Of a DNA stretch of 64,000 nt, positions 52,986 to 64,000 are shown in pieces. The stretch lies in assembly GCF_963921235.1 (NCBI RefSeq), contig NC_086097.1, positions 12,152,001 through 12,216,000 on the forward strand, written 5' to 3'. The notes beneath the pieces are model-generated. The model saw only the letters and a list, made by a program, of their open reading frames with translations, was not told the origin of the DNA and searched no databases. The number at the start of each line of letters is the position of its first letter. The stretch's first letter is position 1. The translations under genes and the position numbers were made by a program. This DNA comes from Mobula hypostoma (taxonomy: Eukaryota).

Positions 52986-54900
52986 GTACATTCACAGGCA
53001 TCTCCTTGGTTTCTATCTACTATCTCTTCTTTTGTTGCACGTTAAAACCTGTTTTACTTCGGTTTGGTGAAAGGTCATTAACTTTCGATTTCTCTTTCCA
53101 CAAAATGTTGTGTGCCTTCAGCATTTTTATTTAGTTTTGCTTTGTAAATGTGATAAATGTTTCTGGCATTGCGTTCTAACTTTTATGTCAAAGGAACGTC
53201 CTCATAGTAGTTAGATGTGAGTTTGGGTAGACAGAGATTAGGGAGCAACAAGCAATCTTCTGCAATAAACAATCTATTGTAAGAACTCAGCCGTTTAATC
53301 AGTAACTTTGAGAGGAAGAAATTGTCAGTGCTTCGGAATGAAACTCTGCATCAGGATTAAGAGAGGAGACATAAGATGGCCACTATAAAGAGGAGAAGGA
53401 GAGTGGAATTTGAGATGATTGGTGAGCAGAGAAGAGGTGTAAGGTTCAATGCTATGGTACCATAGTGGTTAGCCCGATGCTATGACGACTCATAGCATCG
53501 GAGTTCTGAGTTCAATTCCGAAGCTGTCTGTAAGAAACTCCTAAGCCTTGCAGTGAGTGCATGGTTTTCCTTCTGGTGCTCTGGTTTCTTCCCACATTCC
53601 AAGTTCCTCCATCATTTTGGGTGTGTTATTCACTAAATAGTTTCTTTCTCTTTGTCAAATCATTCATCTAAAAATGTCTCTCAATTCCATCTAGTAGGGT
53701 AGTTCGTCTTTGATTAGGTTTGGGTTAAGTAGGTGGGTTGCTGGGTTGGAAGCACCTATTCCGCACTGTAGCTCTAAATAAATAAGTAAGTAAATAAATA
53801 ATATAATAGGTAAGGAGCGTTAGTGGAACGGAGCATGGATGGAATTGAGAGACATTTTTAGATGAATGATTTGACAAAGAGAAAGAAACTATTTCGTGAA
53901 TAACACACCCAAAATGATGGAGGAACTTAGCAAGTTAGGCGACATCAATGGAAATTAATAAACAGTCAGCATTGTGGGCTGAGATCCTTCACTCAATTTG
54001 TTGATTGAATCTATATGAATGAAGTTTTGCATTGTATGTATGACTCACCGTACCTGTGCATGGATGTACCTAATAAAGTGGCCACTGAGTGTATATTATT
54101 GCACTTCATAAGAAAGAGTGAGGTTTCATTTTCATTAAGTGTATATGTCAATGAGTATTGCCTCGAGTTTAATTTAGTCTATTTGATGAACAATCTTGCA
54201 TGGACACTTTCTTCTACAAAAGGGATTGAGGAGCTAATAGGGAGCTGTGGTTCAGATTTGATAGAGAAAATATCCCTTCTGGAAGATGAATTCACAGCAA
54301 TGGTGGATAAATGGAAGATTTCCACCACCTCCTGCTTTACCCTTACTTTCTGTCCTGTACAATTTCCAGGTCACGCAGCCATGCTGAGTAATTGAACTCT
54401 GATAATCAATCTGCATGGGTAAATCAATTCACAGCCAGTAAGAATGGTATTGCTACAGGGATAGGTGGGGTGTGTGAACACGTGGTGCTTGCTGCCTTTC
54501 GGACTGATTGAAGCAAAGGGAATTCACAGATTTTAGAATCAGAATCAGGTTTAATATCACTAGCATATGCCATGAACATTTTGTTATGAGGCAGCAGTAC
54601 ATTGCAATATATGATAATACAAACTATAAATTGCAGTAAGAAGCATAGATATAGTAAAAAGTTAAATTAAGTAGTGCAAAAAGAGAAAAAAATAAGTATT
54701 GGTCATGAGTTCAATGTCCACTCAGAAATCTAACAGCAGAAGCTATTCCTGAATTGTTGAGTTTGTACCTTAAGTCTCCTGTACCTCATTCTTGATGGTA
54801 GCGATGAGAAGAGGGTATGTCCTGGATGATGGGCGTCCTTAATGATGGATGCTGTTCAAGATCAAGGTCAAGATTCGAGAATTAAGGTTCAAAATTGTTT

Positions 54901-57590
54901 TTTCTTACAGAAACATCTGCATGATGCTAAGCTAGGGCACATCATCAGTGATATTACCTGGGGTCATCAGGTGTTTCGGGTCTTTCAACATCATACACCC
55001 TCGCCCAGGCGACCCGACCGGGGTTGATCAGACCCCGGTCTGTGCCCTAGCAGCAACCCACAGATCTGCCCTCCTTATCCAAAGCCATCTTGACGCTTTC
55101 TCTGCTGCATCTGTGTTGGTAGAAATGACTCTCCTTCTTCTCTCTCCAGTGATTCCAAGTGCAGTATGTACTTTGCAGAGCGACTGGCCTGCAAAGCCAC
55201 GACACCCGACCTCCACGGGCCAACACTTTGCTCTCCAGCCTCTTCTTTGGCAGTTGTTCTTCAGATCCTCATTCTTCGCTCTTTTCCACTCGTAGGCCTC
55301 CTCCATGCGTTCTTCCCATGGCACGGTAAGCTCAAGCATAAGAACGTGCTTCGATGAGTCGGGTCACAACACAATGTCGGGCCGCAATGTAGTCTCTCTA
55401 ATGTGGGAGGAAACTGCAGCTGCTTTCCCAGGTCTGCTTTCAGCTTCCAGTCCTGTGCAATGAAGAGCAACCTGGTTGCTTTCTGGTGTTCTGTTGGTCT
55501 TTCCCCCTCTTTGACAAAGCAGATGCTATTCTCGACCGGACTTGTTTTCCGGCAGATGTTAAGGGAGCTGCAGATTGTCTCAGCAATTGTCCGGAGGACC
55601 TGGTCATGGTGCCACCACTGATAACGGCCATCGGCAAGAGCTCTGGGGCAGCAGCTCAGAATATGCTCTAGCATACCGGTCTTCTCACAGAGGGGGCAAG
55701 CTGGTCGTTCTGCAAGGCTCCAGCAGTGCAGGTTGGATGGGCTAGGAAGGACGTCATAAACAGCCTGGATAAGGAACTTGATGGGGTGTGGATCCACCTT
55801 CCAGAGATCATTCCATGTGATCTTTCGCTCGATCACTTGCTCCCATTTGGTCCAGGCTCCTTGCTGTTTCATTGCCACTGCTCTGCTGGTCCTCTCCTCC
55901 TCCACAGCTGCCATTACTTCATCCTGAACCAGTTCTCATTGCTCTTTCCCTTGTACTTTGTCAAAATGGGGGACTTCAAGGCTTCCAGGTCCAACTCTTC
56001 CCTTGGCGACTGCCCCCACCAGCACTTTGTGGTGCATTCGTGCCTCAGCTTCATCCACTGCAGCTTCTGCTCTCCGCTCTCTTCCAGTTCTCACTACCAC
56101 TCTTGCTCCGGCAACCTTTGGATCTGAAGATTCCCGGAACTGCAGCACCTCTCTTACTCGCCAAACCTTGAACTCCTCCTCGATGGATTTCAGGGGGAGC
56201 CTCAGTTTGTAGTTATTCCTGTACAGAGCGATGCTGCTGATGTTGCTTAGTGAACCAGCCATCTTCGCAGGAACCAGCTGACTACCCTCTCTAATTCAGC
56301 AACAGTGGAAATTGGAAACTCACAGAGAAGCAGTGGCCAGAGGATTCTTGTTTGTATACCGTGCTGGTAAATCTATGCCTTAAACCACCCTGGAATGCCA
56401 GTCCTGTCAACCTCTCGCAACCATTGTTCAAACTCCCCACTGGTATTTCTTATTGCCGCCTTATCTCTGAGTGTGGCATCAAACCTCTTCCCAAGACTTT
56501 TAACAGGGTTCTCTGTGATGGTAGGAATTGGAATGTCCTCAGTGGAGAAACAAAATTTCTCCTGTGCTCTCCCCTTCTTAAGCACCACAGATCTTGATTT
56601 TGCAGGCTTAAAGGACATCCTTGCCCACCTCATCAACCTTTCCAGCCCCTTAAGAATCCACCTAACACCAGGCACTGACTCCATAGTGATAGTCAGATCA
56701 TCCATGAAGGCTCGTGTTGGTGGTTGGCGGATCCCAGATCTTGACCTCGGGCCTCGACACTCTGGCTCTGCAGATTTTACCAGCATGATCATTGCCAGGG
56801 CAAAAAGGATGACTGAGATGGTGCAGCCTGTGATAATACCGATCTCCACCCTGCACCAGTCTGATGTCATTGGCCCTGTTGAGACTCTCAAGTGGAACTC
56901 GTTGTGGTAGTCCATAAGGAGGCCTCTGATTCCTTCAGGAACATGGTGCCTCCTCAGAGCGCCTGCAACAACCTTGTGGGGGATTGATCCATAAGCATTG
57001 GCCAAATCCAACCACAAAACCACTAAGTCACCCTTATTCTTTCTGGCCTCTCTCAGGAGCTGTGTGATGACTCCAGTGTACTCCAAGCAGCCTGAGACCC
57101 TTGGAACACCACTCTTCTGGGTAGAGGTGTCAATGTAAGGCACTTCACCACCATGCTGAGGAAGATCTTCCCTTCAACACTCAGCAAGGATATTATCCTG
57201 TACTGGCTGACGTTCTCAGAGTTCTCTTCTTTTGGAATCCACACTCTGTTTGCATACTTCCATTGCTTGGGCCCTTTGCCTCTCTTCCAGACGACCTTGA
57301 GGATTCTCCACAGCCGCCGGAGAAGCCGGGGGCAGTGTTTGTAGATGTTGTACGTGGTGCCACTCGGACCAGGAGCTGAGCCAGCTCAGGCTTTCTTGAC
57401 TACTTGCTGAACCTCCTTGAAGAGAGGCTCTCGAAGGTCGAAAGCCTCTGTTGCTTCTGTGGGGGCGATGAGGGCATCACAGTCTCCCAGTTCAGCTTCT
57501 CTGTCTGGGTTACTGAAGGTGCTTCGAAGGTGGTGGTCCGTCTATTCCTTTGTGCAGGACAGCTTTCCACTTCTCTTCTGACCCAGCAGC
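54901..57590 (-). mobile_element. HERO-clade (R2 group, RLE-type) non-LTR retrotransposon, 5'-truncated and frameshifted
   Basis: RT motifs WLDLANAYGSIPH, GIITGCTISVILF, AFMDD; zinc knuckle CPLC..HILSCC; HDQVL; TLRPDIV and LELTVPWEE RLE motifs; stop at 55028; imperfect 45-bp flanking duplication. Confidence 0.9.
54935..55016 (-). ncRNA. Candidate strand-permuted hammerhead-like RNA with kink-turn in the HERO 3' UTR
   Basis: Core GUA, GAAA and CUGAUGA each correctly flanked by the complementary arms of stems I and III; canonical k-turn sequence extending stem III; stem II weak or supplied by an upstream strand. Confidence 0.6.
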
Positions 57591-58300
57591 TCAAGGTCAA
57601 GATCAAAATTCAAGAATCAAGGTTCAAAATGGTTTAAAATCATTTCCACTACTCAAGTGTAAAGGAGAACAAAATTATTGCCACTGTGGATCCAATGCAG
57701 CACAAAAGAACACAATAAGATAAAGATCACAATAATAAAAACACCATAAATATAAATACATATGACAGATTATATATATAGATTGATTGTATTAGATTAG
57801 ATCAGATTCAACTTTATTGTCATTGTGCCGAGCACAGATACAAAGCCAATGTAATGTATTTAGCATCTGACCAGAAATGCAAAGAATAGTGTTATTTACA
57901 AAATAACTGAAAATTTAAAAAAGTGCTACAGCACACAAATACAAAAATACTGAGACAGTACAATACTGATGCTACACTGCTTAGCACTGTGATGAGAGGT
58001 TCAACAATGTCACAGTCTCAGGGTAGAAGCTCTTCCTGTGCCTGCTGGTGTGGGAGCAGTGGCTCCTGTAGCGCCTACCGGATGGGAGGACAGTATGCCC
58101 ATAAAGTGTCTTTGGGCACAGGTGTGTCTGTACATAAAGTACATAAAGTGCAGGAAATGATAAAGTAGTGTTTGTTAGGGATGTGTTGGGGTGGGTTAGT
58201 GGCTGGAGATGTTGATCAGTCTTGTTGTTGCTTAGGGAAGGTAACTGTTTTTCAGTCTGGTGTGGGTGTTATGTAGCCTCCTCCCTGATGGGAGTAGGAG
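57591..58300 (-). mobile_element. Rex1/Babar 3' end (HERO target) with a further nested Rex-type tail at about 57790-58092
   Basis: Matches 13541-13860. Confidence 0.75.
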
Positions 58301-58668
58301 AACCAGACAAAAAGAGAATTGATGTTTTCATGAGGGAGAATGGAATTGAGGAATGCATGGTAAACTGGCGGAAGACTTGAGTGAAGCATGAACTTCTATG
58401 TAAAATAATTGGCACAAGTGATCAAGATGATGAATACCCCATGTATGCAGTGGAAAGTTCTGACAAATGCCCATAAATAAAATTCTATCTGAAGTTAACA
58501 TGCATTTTCTAAAGATAATCCCAAGGCTCCTTCTCCAACCCTGTGCAGGATGGAACAGCACGGTCTTTGAGCTGTACAAAATCACCAGCCTCCATAAATG
58601 ACACAAAACTAAACCAATTTTGTACTGCAAAGGAGAAAATTATTTGAAGGTTTTACTTTTTTGTGATT

Positions 58669-58878
58669 AACACACACAAAATGCTGGAGGAACTGAGCAA
58701 GTCAGGTAGCATCTATCGAGAGGAATAAAAGGTCGACGTTTCAGGCCGAGAACCTTCATCGCGGCGATAAGGTTGACTGCTTATTCATTTCCATAGATGC
58801 TGTTTGGCCTGCTAAATTCCTCCAGCATTTTGTGTGTGTTGCTCTGGCTTTCCAGCATCTGCAGAATCTCTTGTGTTT
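58669..58878. mobile_element. Foldback Penelope pLTR pair with decayed hammerhead
   Basis: aacacacacaaaatgctggagga...tcctccagcattttgtgtgtgtt; gtcgacgtttcaggccgagaaccttcatc. Confidence 0.75.
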
Positions 58879-60111
58879 ATCCTTTTTTAGTGATTAATGG
58901 ATAATAATCTGAAATAGTATAATGTTAATAATAATGAACAAATTTCCTTTTACTTGCAAAACTTTCTAACTCTTTGAAAGCATCTAACAAGGAAAATCAG
59001 CTTTATATCCAATCCTAAAAGTGTATACAGGCCATTTAATAAGAACCGTTCTGCATGAAAGGAATTAACTCTCTCGACATTAGCTCCTTTTATGATGTTA
59101 CCCATGAATTCAATCTGTCAAGGCTAGCTTTATTCTAGTGATATTATAGCCGCAGTTTAAACATTCAAGCTGGCAACACATATAAAGAAGAGATTTTAGT
59201 CAAAGGGAAATAATCTGCCCCATGACAAATGGCAATCCTAGGCCCGATTTTATTGACTGCCTAAGTTTTAATATACAGAGTCCTAGAAGATTTAATTTCA
59301 CATTATTTTGCTGAAAACATCTTTCGATTGAATTGTAATGGCCTCATGTTTATTGTAAATTGTTCTATCTGCTTGGTATGCAGTGTTGAATGGGAGTAAT
59401 GCACAGTCTGTAGCCTAAGGCTTTTAATTCATCGTTATTGCTGTTTGAATATGTACTCAAAAGGGCTTGCATCACTATGTTTACAGAAAAGTTTTCATTT
59501 TTAAATAGTCTTAGCTCTATTTGGTGTCCAATTTTTTTTGTCACACTCAGTAATTGAGGACTGCTTAATTGAAAATTGTTTCTAGTTATGAACTTGGGGA
59601 AATATAATCTATTGGAACAATTTTATGTAAATAGAGTATTATAAACCAACCATCACTCCAGGGAGTCTATCGCTCTCTGATGGTTTATTGCAATTCAGCA
59701 CAGCCGGGGAACTTTGAAAGCGGACTGGCAGATTTGCAAAGAGTATTGGCTGGTTTTCTCATTGGCTAGCTGTAATTTTTATGGTGATCATCAAAGTCTG
59801 TTGTAATTTGCTAGAGGAATAATGACTAGCCAATTACAAATAGCGATAGCATAAATATTTATAAATTCACGTGCAGAGTTGTTAATTTGTGGAGCAATGG
59901 CTATTGTGAAAATATGAGGTACAAAGTGCCTCATGGTGTGTGGATGTAGGCTGGAGGAACTGATTTCACAAGGTTACCCAGGTCCTGCAGGATTCCTCTG
60001 TGGTAGAGTGAAGAGGAGCACCTTCCACTTGTTTCTCTCTCTGGGCCCTGCCAATTGTGAATTGTTGGCTCTCTGTTGACTTATGAGAGACATATACACT
60101 GGATAGTCCTT

Positions 60112-60435
60112 GCCTCCAAGAGGACTACAACTTTGTCATACCGTTTGGAGGCTTGTGTGCCTCAATGTCCCAGAGATCCATGTTAGCTGGAGTTGGGGCC
60201 TTGTGCTTTGGCTCTTGGTGGGGTCATCCATGCCAAACAGGTCAAAGGGTAGAAGCCGGACTAAGAGTGGTCCACCGGTCCTCCAGGTTCAGGAGGTAGG
60301 CTCAGGGCTAACAATCCTAATTGGTCAAAAAGCAATTGTTATAGAAACAGCAATGAAGATTTCTTCTGTACAGACAGAAATGGAGGACCTTCATTGCTGC
60401 CTTAAATGCAGCGGTATAACAGGCAGTAAGTAAGT
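60112..60435 (+). mobile_element. Bipartite RTE-derived non-autonomous retroposon
   Basis: TSD atagtcc(t/a)t; RTE/Expander/BovB-type 5' UTR motifs (ggaggcttgtgtgcctcaatg, ggggtcatccatgccaaacaggtc, gactaagagtggtcc); 3' end DRNGGPS/WRTFIAALNA frame; (TAAG)n tail. Confidence 0.8.
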
Positions 60436-61214
60436 ATAGTCCATGGAAAAGAAGTTCAAAGTTCCAAGTAAATTTAGTATCAAAGTACATACATGCCACC
60501 ATATACAGCAACCCTGAGATTCATTCAACCCTGAAAATCAGGAGTATGCCAACACACATAGGAAGTTAGCCGTCAGCAACTGTCATTATCATATTAAAAA
60601 ACAATATCTTGGTGGAGTGCAGCACAAGAAGTCCATTTTTTCTTAGTGTTTGGAGAAAAGCATGGTAGTGTAGTGGTTAGCACAGCATCTAACAACACCA
60701 GCGACCAGAGTTCAATTCTCTCTGCTGTCTGTCAGAGTTTGTACCGTGTGGGTTTCCTCCGGGTTCTCCAGTTTCCTCCCACAGTCCAAAGTCATACTGG
60801 TTGTTTGGCTAATTGGTCATTGTAAATTGTCCTGCAATTAGGCTAGGATAAAATCAGGATTGCTGGGTTGGAACGTCTGGAAGGGCTGGAAGGGCCTATT
60901 CCATGCCATATTTCAACAAAAAAGAAAAGAGGAAGAGAAAGGAGAAACAAAAAAAAAGTCAAGATGCCACATTTTCAAAAACAGATTCATTGAGGTTACT
61001 TCATGGTCAATTTACAATGTATGAAGTATTTTAGAAGTGTGGATACTCTGCAAACGTAGAAAGCTCAGTTTGTCTGCATGTTGAACTCCCACAAGTCTCA
61101 ATAGGATAACTGAATTAACAATCTAATATTCTTGAGTTATGGATTCATATTGGTAAGCAATCAAGAATAACTCATATTTACTTATTAAGAGATATAGCAT
61201 GCTAGCAGGCCCAC

Positions 61215-61390
61215 GTCACCCACTTCCCACCCAACGAGCCCAACAACCCATTTCCCACACCACCCACTTCCACCCGACGAGCCCAACAACTCATTTCCAC
61301 CCAACGAGCCCACACCACCCATTTCCCACCCAATGAACCCACACCACCCTCTTCCCACCCAACAAGCCCAACCCCCCACTTCCACACTTG
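61215..61390. repeat. C-rich minisatellite (about 26-28 bp unit) inside a V-SINE
   Basis: Repeats of cacccatttcccacccaacgagccca. Confidence 0.85.
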
Positions 61391-61947
61391 TAACCAATTA
61401 ACCGACTAATCTGTACGTCTTTGGACTGTGGGAGAAAACTGGAGCACCCAGAGGAAGCCCACGAGAATGTACAAACTCCATGCAAGCAGTGGCAAGTTGT
61501 ATCAGTGTCACTGGCTCTGTAATAGCATTACGCTAACCACTACGTTACTGTGCTGTAAGGAGTCTCTGTACATCCTCCCCATGAAATGCAAGGATTTTCC
61601 CCCAGTGTTCTGGTTTTCTCCCACAGTCCAAAGACCAGGTAGGTTAATTGGTCATTGCAAATTCTCCTGTGATCATTTTGGGGTTATCTGGGATTGTGGG
61701 GTGTTGCTGAGACAGCACGACTCGAAAGGCTGGAAGAGACTTTTCCGTGCTGTACCGCAAAACAAATCAAATAAATTATCCAATCAAATAGATGGGGCTT
61801 CGGGTTACTCTTTCAGGTGGTAACTGTCACTCTGCAGTGCATCCTCATCATGGTACGACAATGCCAGCCCAGATCTTGACGCATGGGGTTTCTGGGCATG
61901 GATAAAAAGATGTCAAGATCAGATAGCACGGAAGAAAGGAAGATAGA

Positions 61948-62733
61948 AAGGGTCTCGCCCCGAAACGTCGACTGTACCTGTTCCTAGAGATGTTGCCTGG
62001 CCTGCTGCGTTCTCCGGCAACTTTTATGTGTGTTGCTTGAAAATCCAGCATCTGCAGATTTCAAAACGCAAACATGAGGAATTCTGCAGAATTCTGGGTG
62101 ATCGTTTCGCTGAACACCTACGCTCTGTTCGCCAGAGAAAGCAGGATCTCCCAGTGGCCACACATTTTAATTGCACGTCCCATTCCTATTCTGATATGTC
62201 TGTCCACGGCCTCCTCTACTGTAAAAATGAAGCCACACTCAGCTTGGAGGAACAACACCTTATATTCCGTCTGGGTAGCCTCCAACCTGATGGCATGAAC
62301 ATCGACTTCTCTAATTTCCGCTAACGCCCCACCTCCCCCTCGTACCCAGTCCGTTATTTATTTATATACACACATTCTTTCTCTCTCTCTCCTTTTTCTC
62401 CCTCTGTCCCTCTCACTATACCCCTTGCCCATCCTCTGGGTTTCCCCCCCTCCCCCTTTTCTTTCTTCCTGGGCCTCCTGTCCCATGATCCTCTCATATC
62501 CCTTTTGCCAATCACCTGTCCAGCTCTTGGCTCCATCCCTCCCCCTCCTGTCTTCTCCTATCATTTTGGATCTCCCCCTCCCACTTTCAAATCTCTTACT
62601 AGCTCTTCCTTCAGTTAGTCCTGACGAAGGGTCTCGGCCCGAAACGTCGACTGTACCTCTTCCTAGAGATGCTGCCTGACCTGCTGCATTCACCTGCAAA
62701 TTTGATGTGATCTGCAGATTTCCTCGTGTTTGC
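61948..62733 (+). mobile_element. Penelope-like element 3' part: partial pLTR, GIY-YIG endonuclease C-terminus and pLTR
   Basis: LGDRFAEHLRSV...PVATHFN...H...EEQHLIFRLGSLQPDGMN (62093-62324); direct pLTR repeats at 61948-62061 and 62627-62733. Confidence 0.9.
62617..62652 (+). ncRNA. Intact minimal type I hammerhead motif
   Basis: AGUC-CUGACGA-AGGGUCUCGGCCC-GAAA-CGUC|GACU; predicted cleavage after 62648. Confidence 0.85.
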
Positions 62734-62818
62734 ATAGAAAGTGATTGCTGGAACATAAAATTAGAGCACAAGAGGCCACAAATTCTGTAATCTGGAGCAA
62801 CAAATAATCTACTACACA

Positions 62819-62898
62819 CAGGGGTTCCCAACCTGTGGTCCATGGAACTCTCAGTTAATAGTTGGAATTTGTGGCATAAAAAAGGTTCTGAATCCCTG
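62819..62898. mobile_element. About 80-bp hAT/Charlie-like MITE (related remnants at 16759-16829 and 34842-34905)
   Basis: CAGGGGTTCCCAACCT...AGGTTCTGAATCCCTG termini. Confidence 0.65.
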
Positions 62899-63787
62899 TG
62901 AATCAGCAGGCAACGCAGTGTTGATGTGAATAAAGGAACCATTGATATCTCAGGTTGGTTCAGGGTCTCTGCCTTGAAAACCTGGCAATTCCTTTCCTCC
63001 CACAAACGCTGTTTGACCTGCTAAGTTTTTCCAGCAGATTGTTTGTTGCTCTCCATCCTTCACTTCCATTAACCACTTTCAGAGTTGCAATATGAGTTCT
63101 TCCCGGGACCGCGTGGGTTTCCTCGGGCTGCTCCCGTTTCCTTCCACAGTCCGAAGGCGTACCAGTTAGCAGGTTAATTGGTTGCTGTAAGTTGTCCTGT
63201 GAATTAGACTAGGGTCAATAGTTGGGTTGCTGACTGGCACAGTTTAGTGGGTCAGATGGGTCTGTTCCGTGATGTATCCCTCAGTAAAGAAATGACATTT
63301 ATTTATTTTAATTGCGATACTGCTTTGGTCGGCTTGTCAATCCATTTCCTATGATTGCAATAGATGGGAGTTTGAGATGAATTGGCTTTTGTTTGGGACA
63401 AAATGCATTATCTCATTGGAGTCTTTTCATGGATCGTGGTGGTGTCATTCCCTGGAAAGCAAAAAGACAAGTTAGGAAAACTAAAACAGACTGGAGCAGG
63501 GAAAGAAGTGAACAGACGACATTACTAACACTTTGATTCATAGTCTGTTATTTTTCAGATGTTTCGCATGCAGCCTGAACTTTGTGTTTCATGAAAATAT
63601 GCCAGAGAATTGCAAAGTTGAAAAAAGGGTTATAAATAAAGACTTACATTGATATAGAACTTATCATGATGTAATAAAGGATCTTACATGTCGAAGAATA
63701 TAAACATCCATTTCCTCATTATTGATCTGTACTGCTAAACATGTTATATTTGACTCTAACATTCAAAAAACTGAGCTGCTGTTACAC

Positions 63788-64000
63788 AGAAACACAGAAA
63801 GCCTACGGCAAAATGCAGGCCATTCGGCCCACAAAGCTGTGCTGAACACTTCCTTACCTTAGAAATTACCTAACGTTACCCACAGTCCACTATTTTTCTG
63901 AGCTTGATGTACCAGTCCAGGAGTCTCATAAAAGACCCTATCGCATCCATCTCCACCATCATTGCCGGCAGCCCATTCCACGCACTCACCACCTTGTGTA
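63788..64000 (-). mobile_element. CR1 3' end, running off the window
   Basis: agaaacacagaaa tail; same subfamily as 4036-4412. Confidence 0.85.

Noticed and set aside
54942..54970. UGAUGA/CUGA motifs suggesting a box C/D snoRNA
   Set aside because: Spacing too short, no terminal stem or guide, and it lies in a retrotransposon UTR; k-turn plus hammerhead core explains it better
62358..63005. 215-aa minus-strand ORF and recurring MLEIQATHIKVAGERSRPG / VSPDEGSRPETSTVP peptides
   Set aside because: Translations of non-coding Penelope pLTR sequence

Overview
Eukaryotic, AT-rich, repeat-dense DNA with no recognisable host protein-coding exon. The repeat set (CR1 LINEs with (TTTCTATG)n tails, Rex1/Babar-type LINEs, V-SINE-type tRNA SINEs, Penelope-like elements, L2, RTE-derived bipartite SINEs, Tc1/mariner, Tigger, Harbinger and hAT MITEs) suggests a cartilaginous fish, probably a ray, in an intron or gene desert; this is inference. 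The most informative signal is RNA structure inside retroelements. (1) The 3' UTR of a decayed HERO-type RLE retrotransposon (minus strand, about 55016-54935) holds the hammerhead core motifs and stems I and III. Its strands run in a non-cyclic order (A-C-B), and a canonical kink-turn could close the fold, making it a candidate new hammerhead topology. (2) A TSD-bounded 252-bp RTE-derived element starts exactly at the cleavage position of a decayed twister ribozyme. (3) At least six minimal Penelope-type hammerheads are present. The window also contains modular and composite MITEs, a 91-bp local inverted duplication, a solo LTR and repeat-free TAAT-rich blocks that may be conserved enhancers. 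All calls were made by eye. Repeat boundaries without a TSD are approximate.
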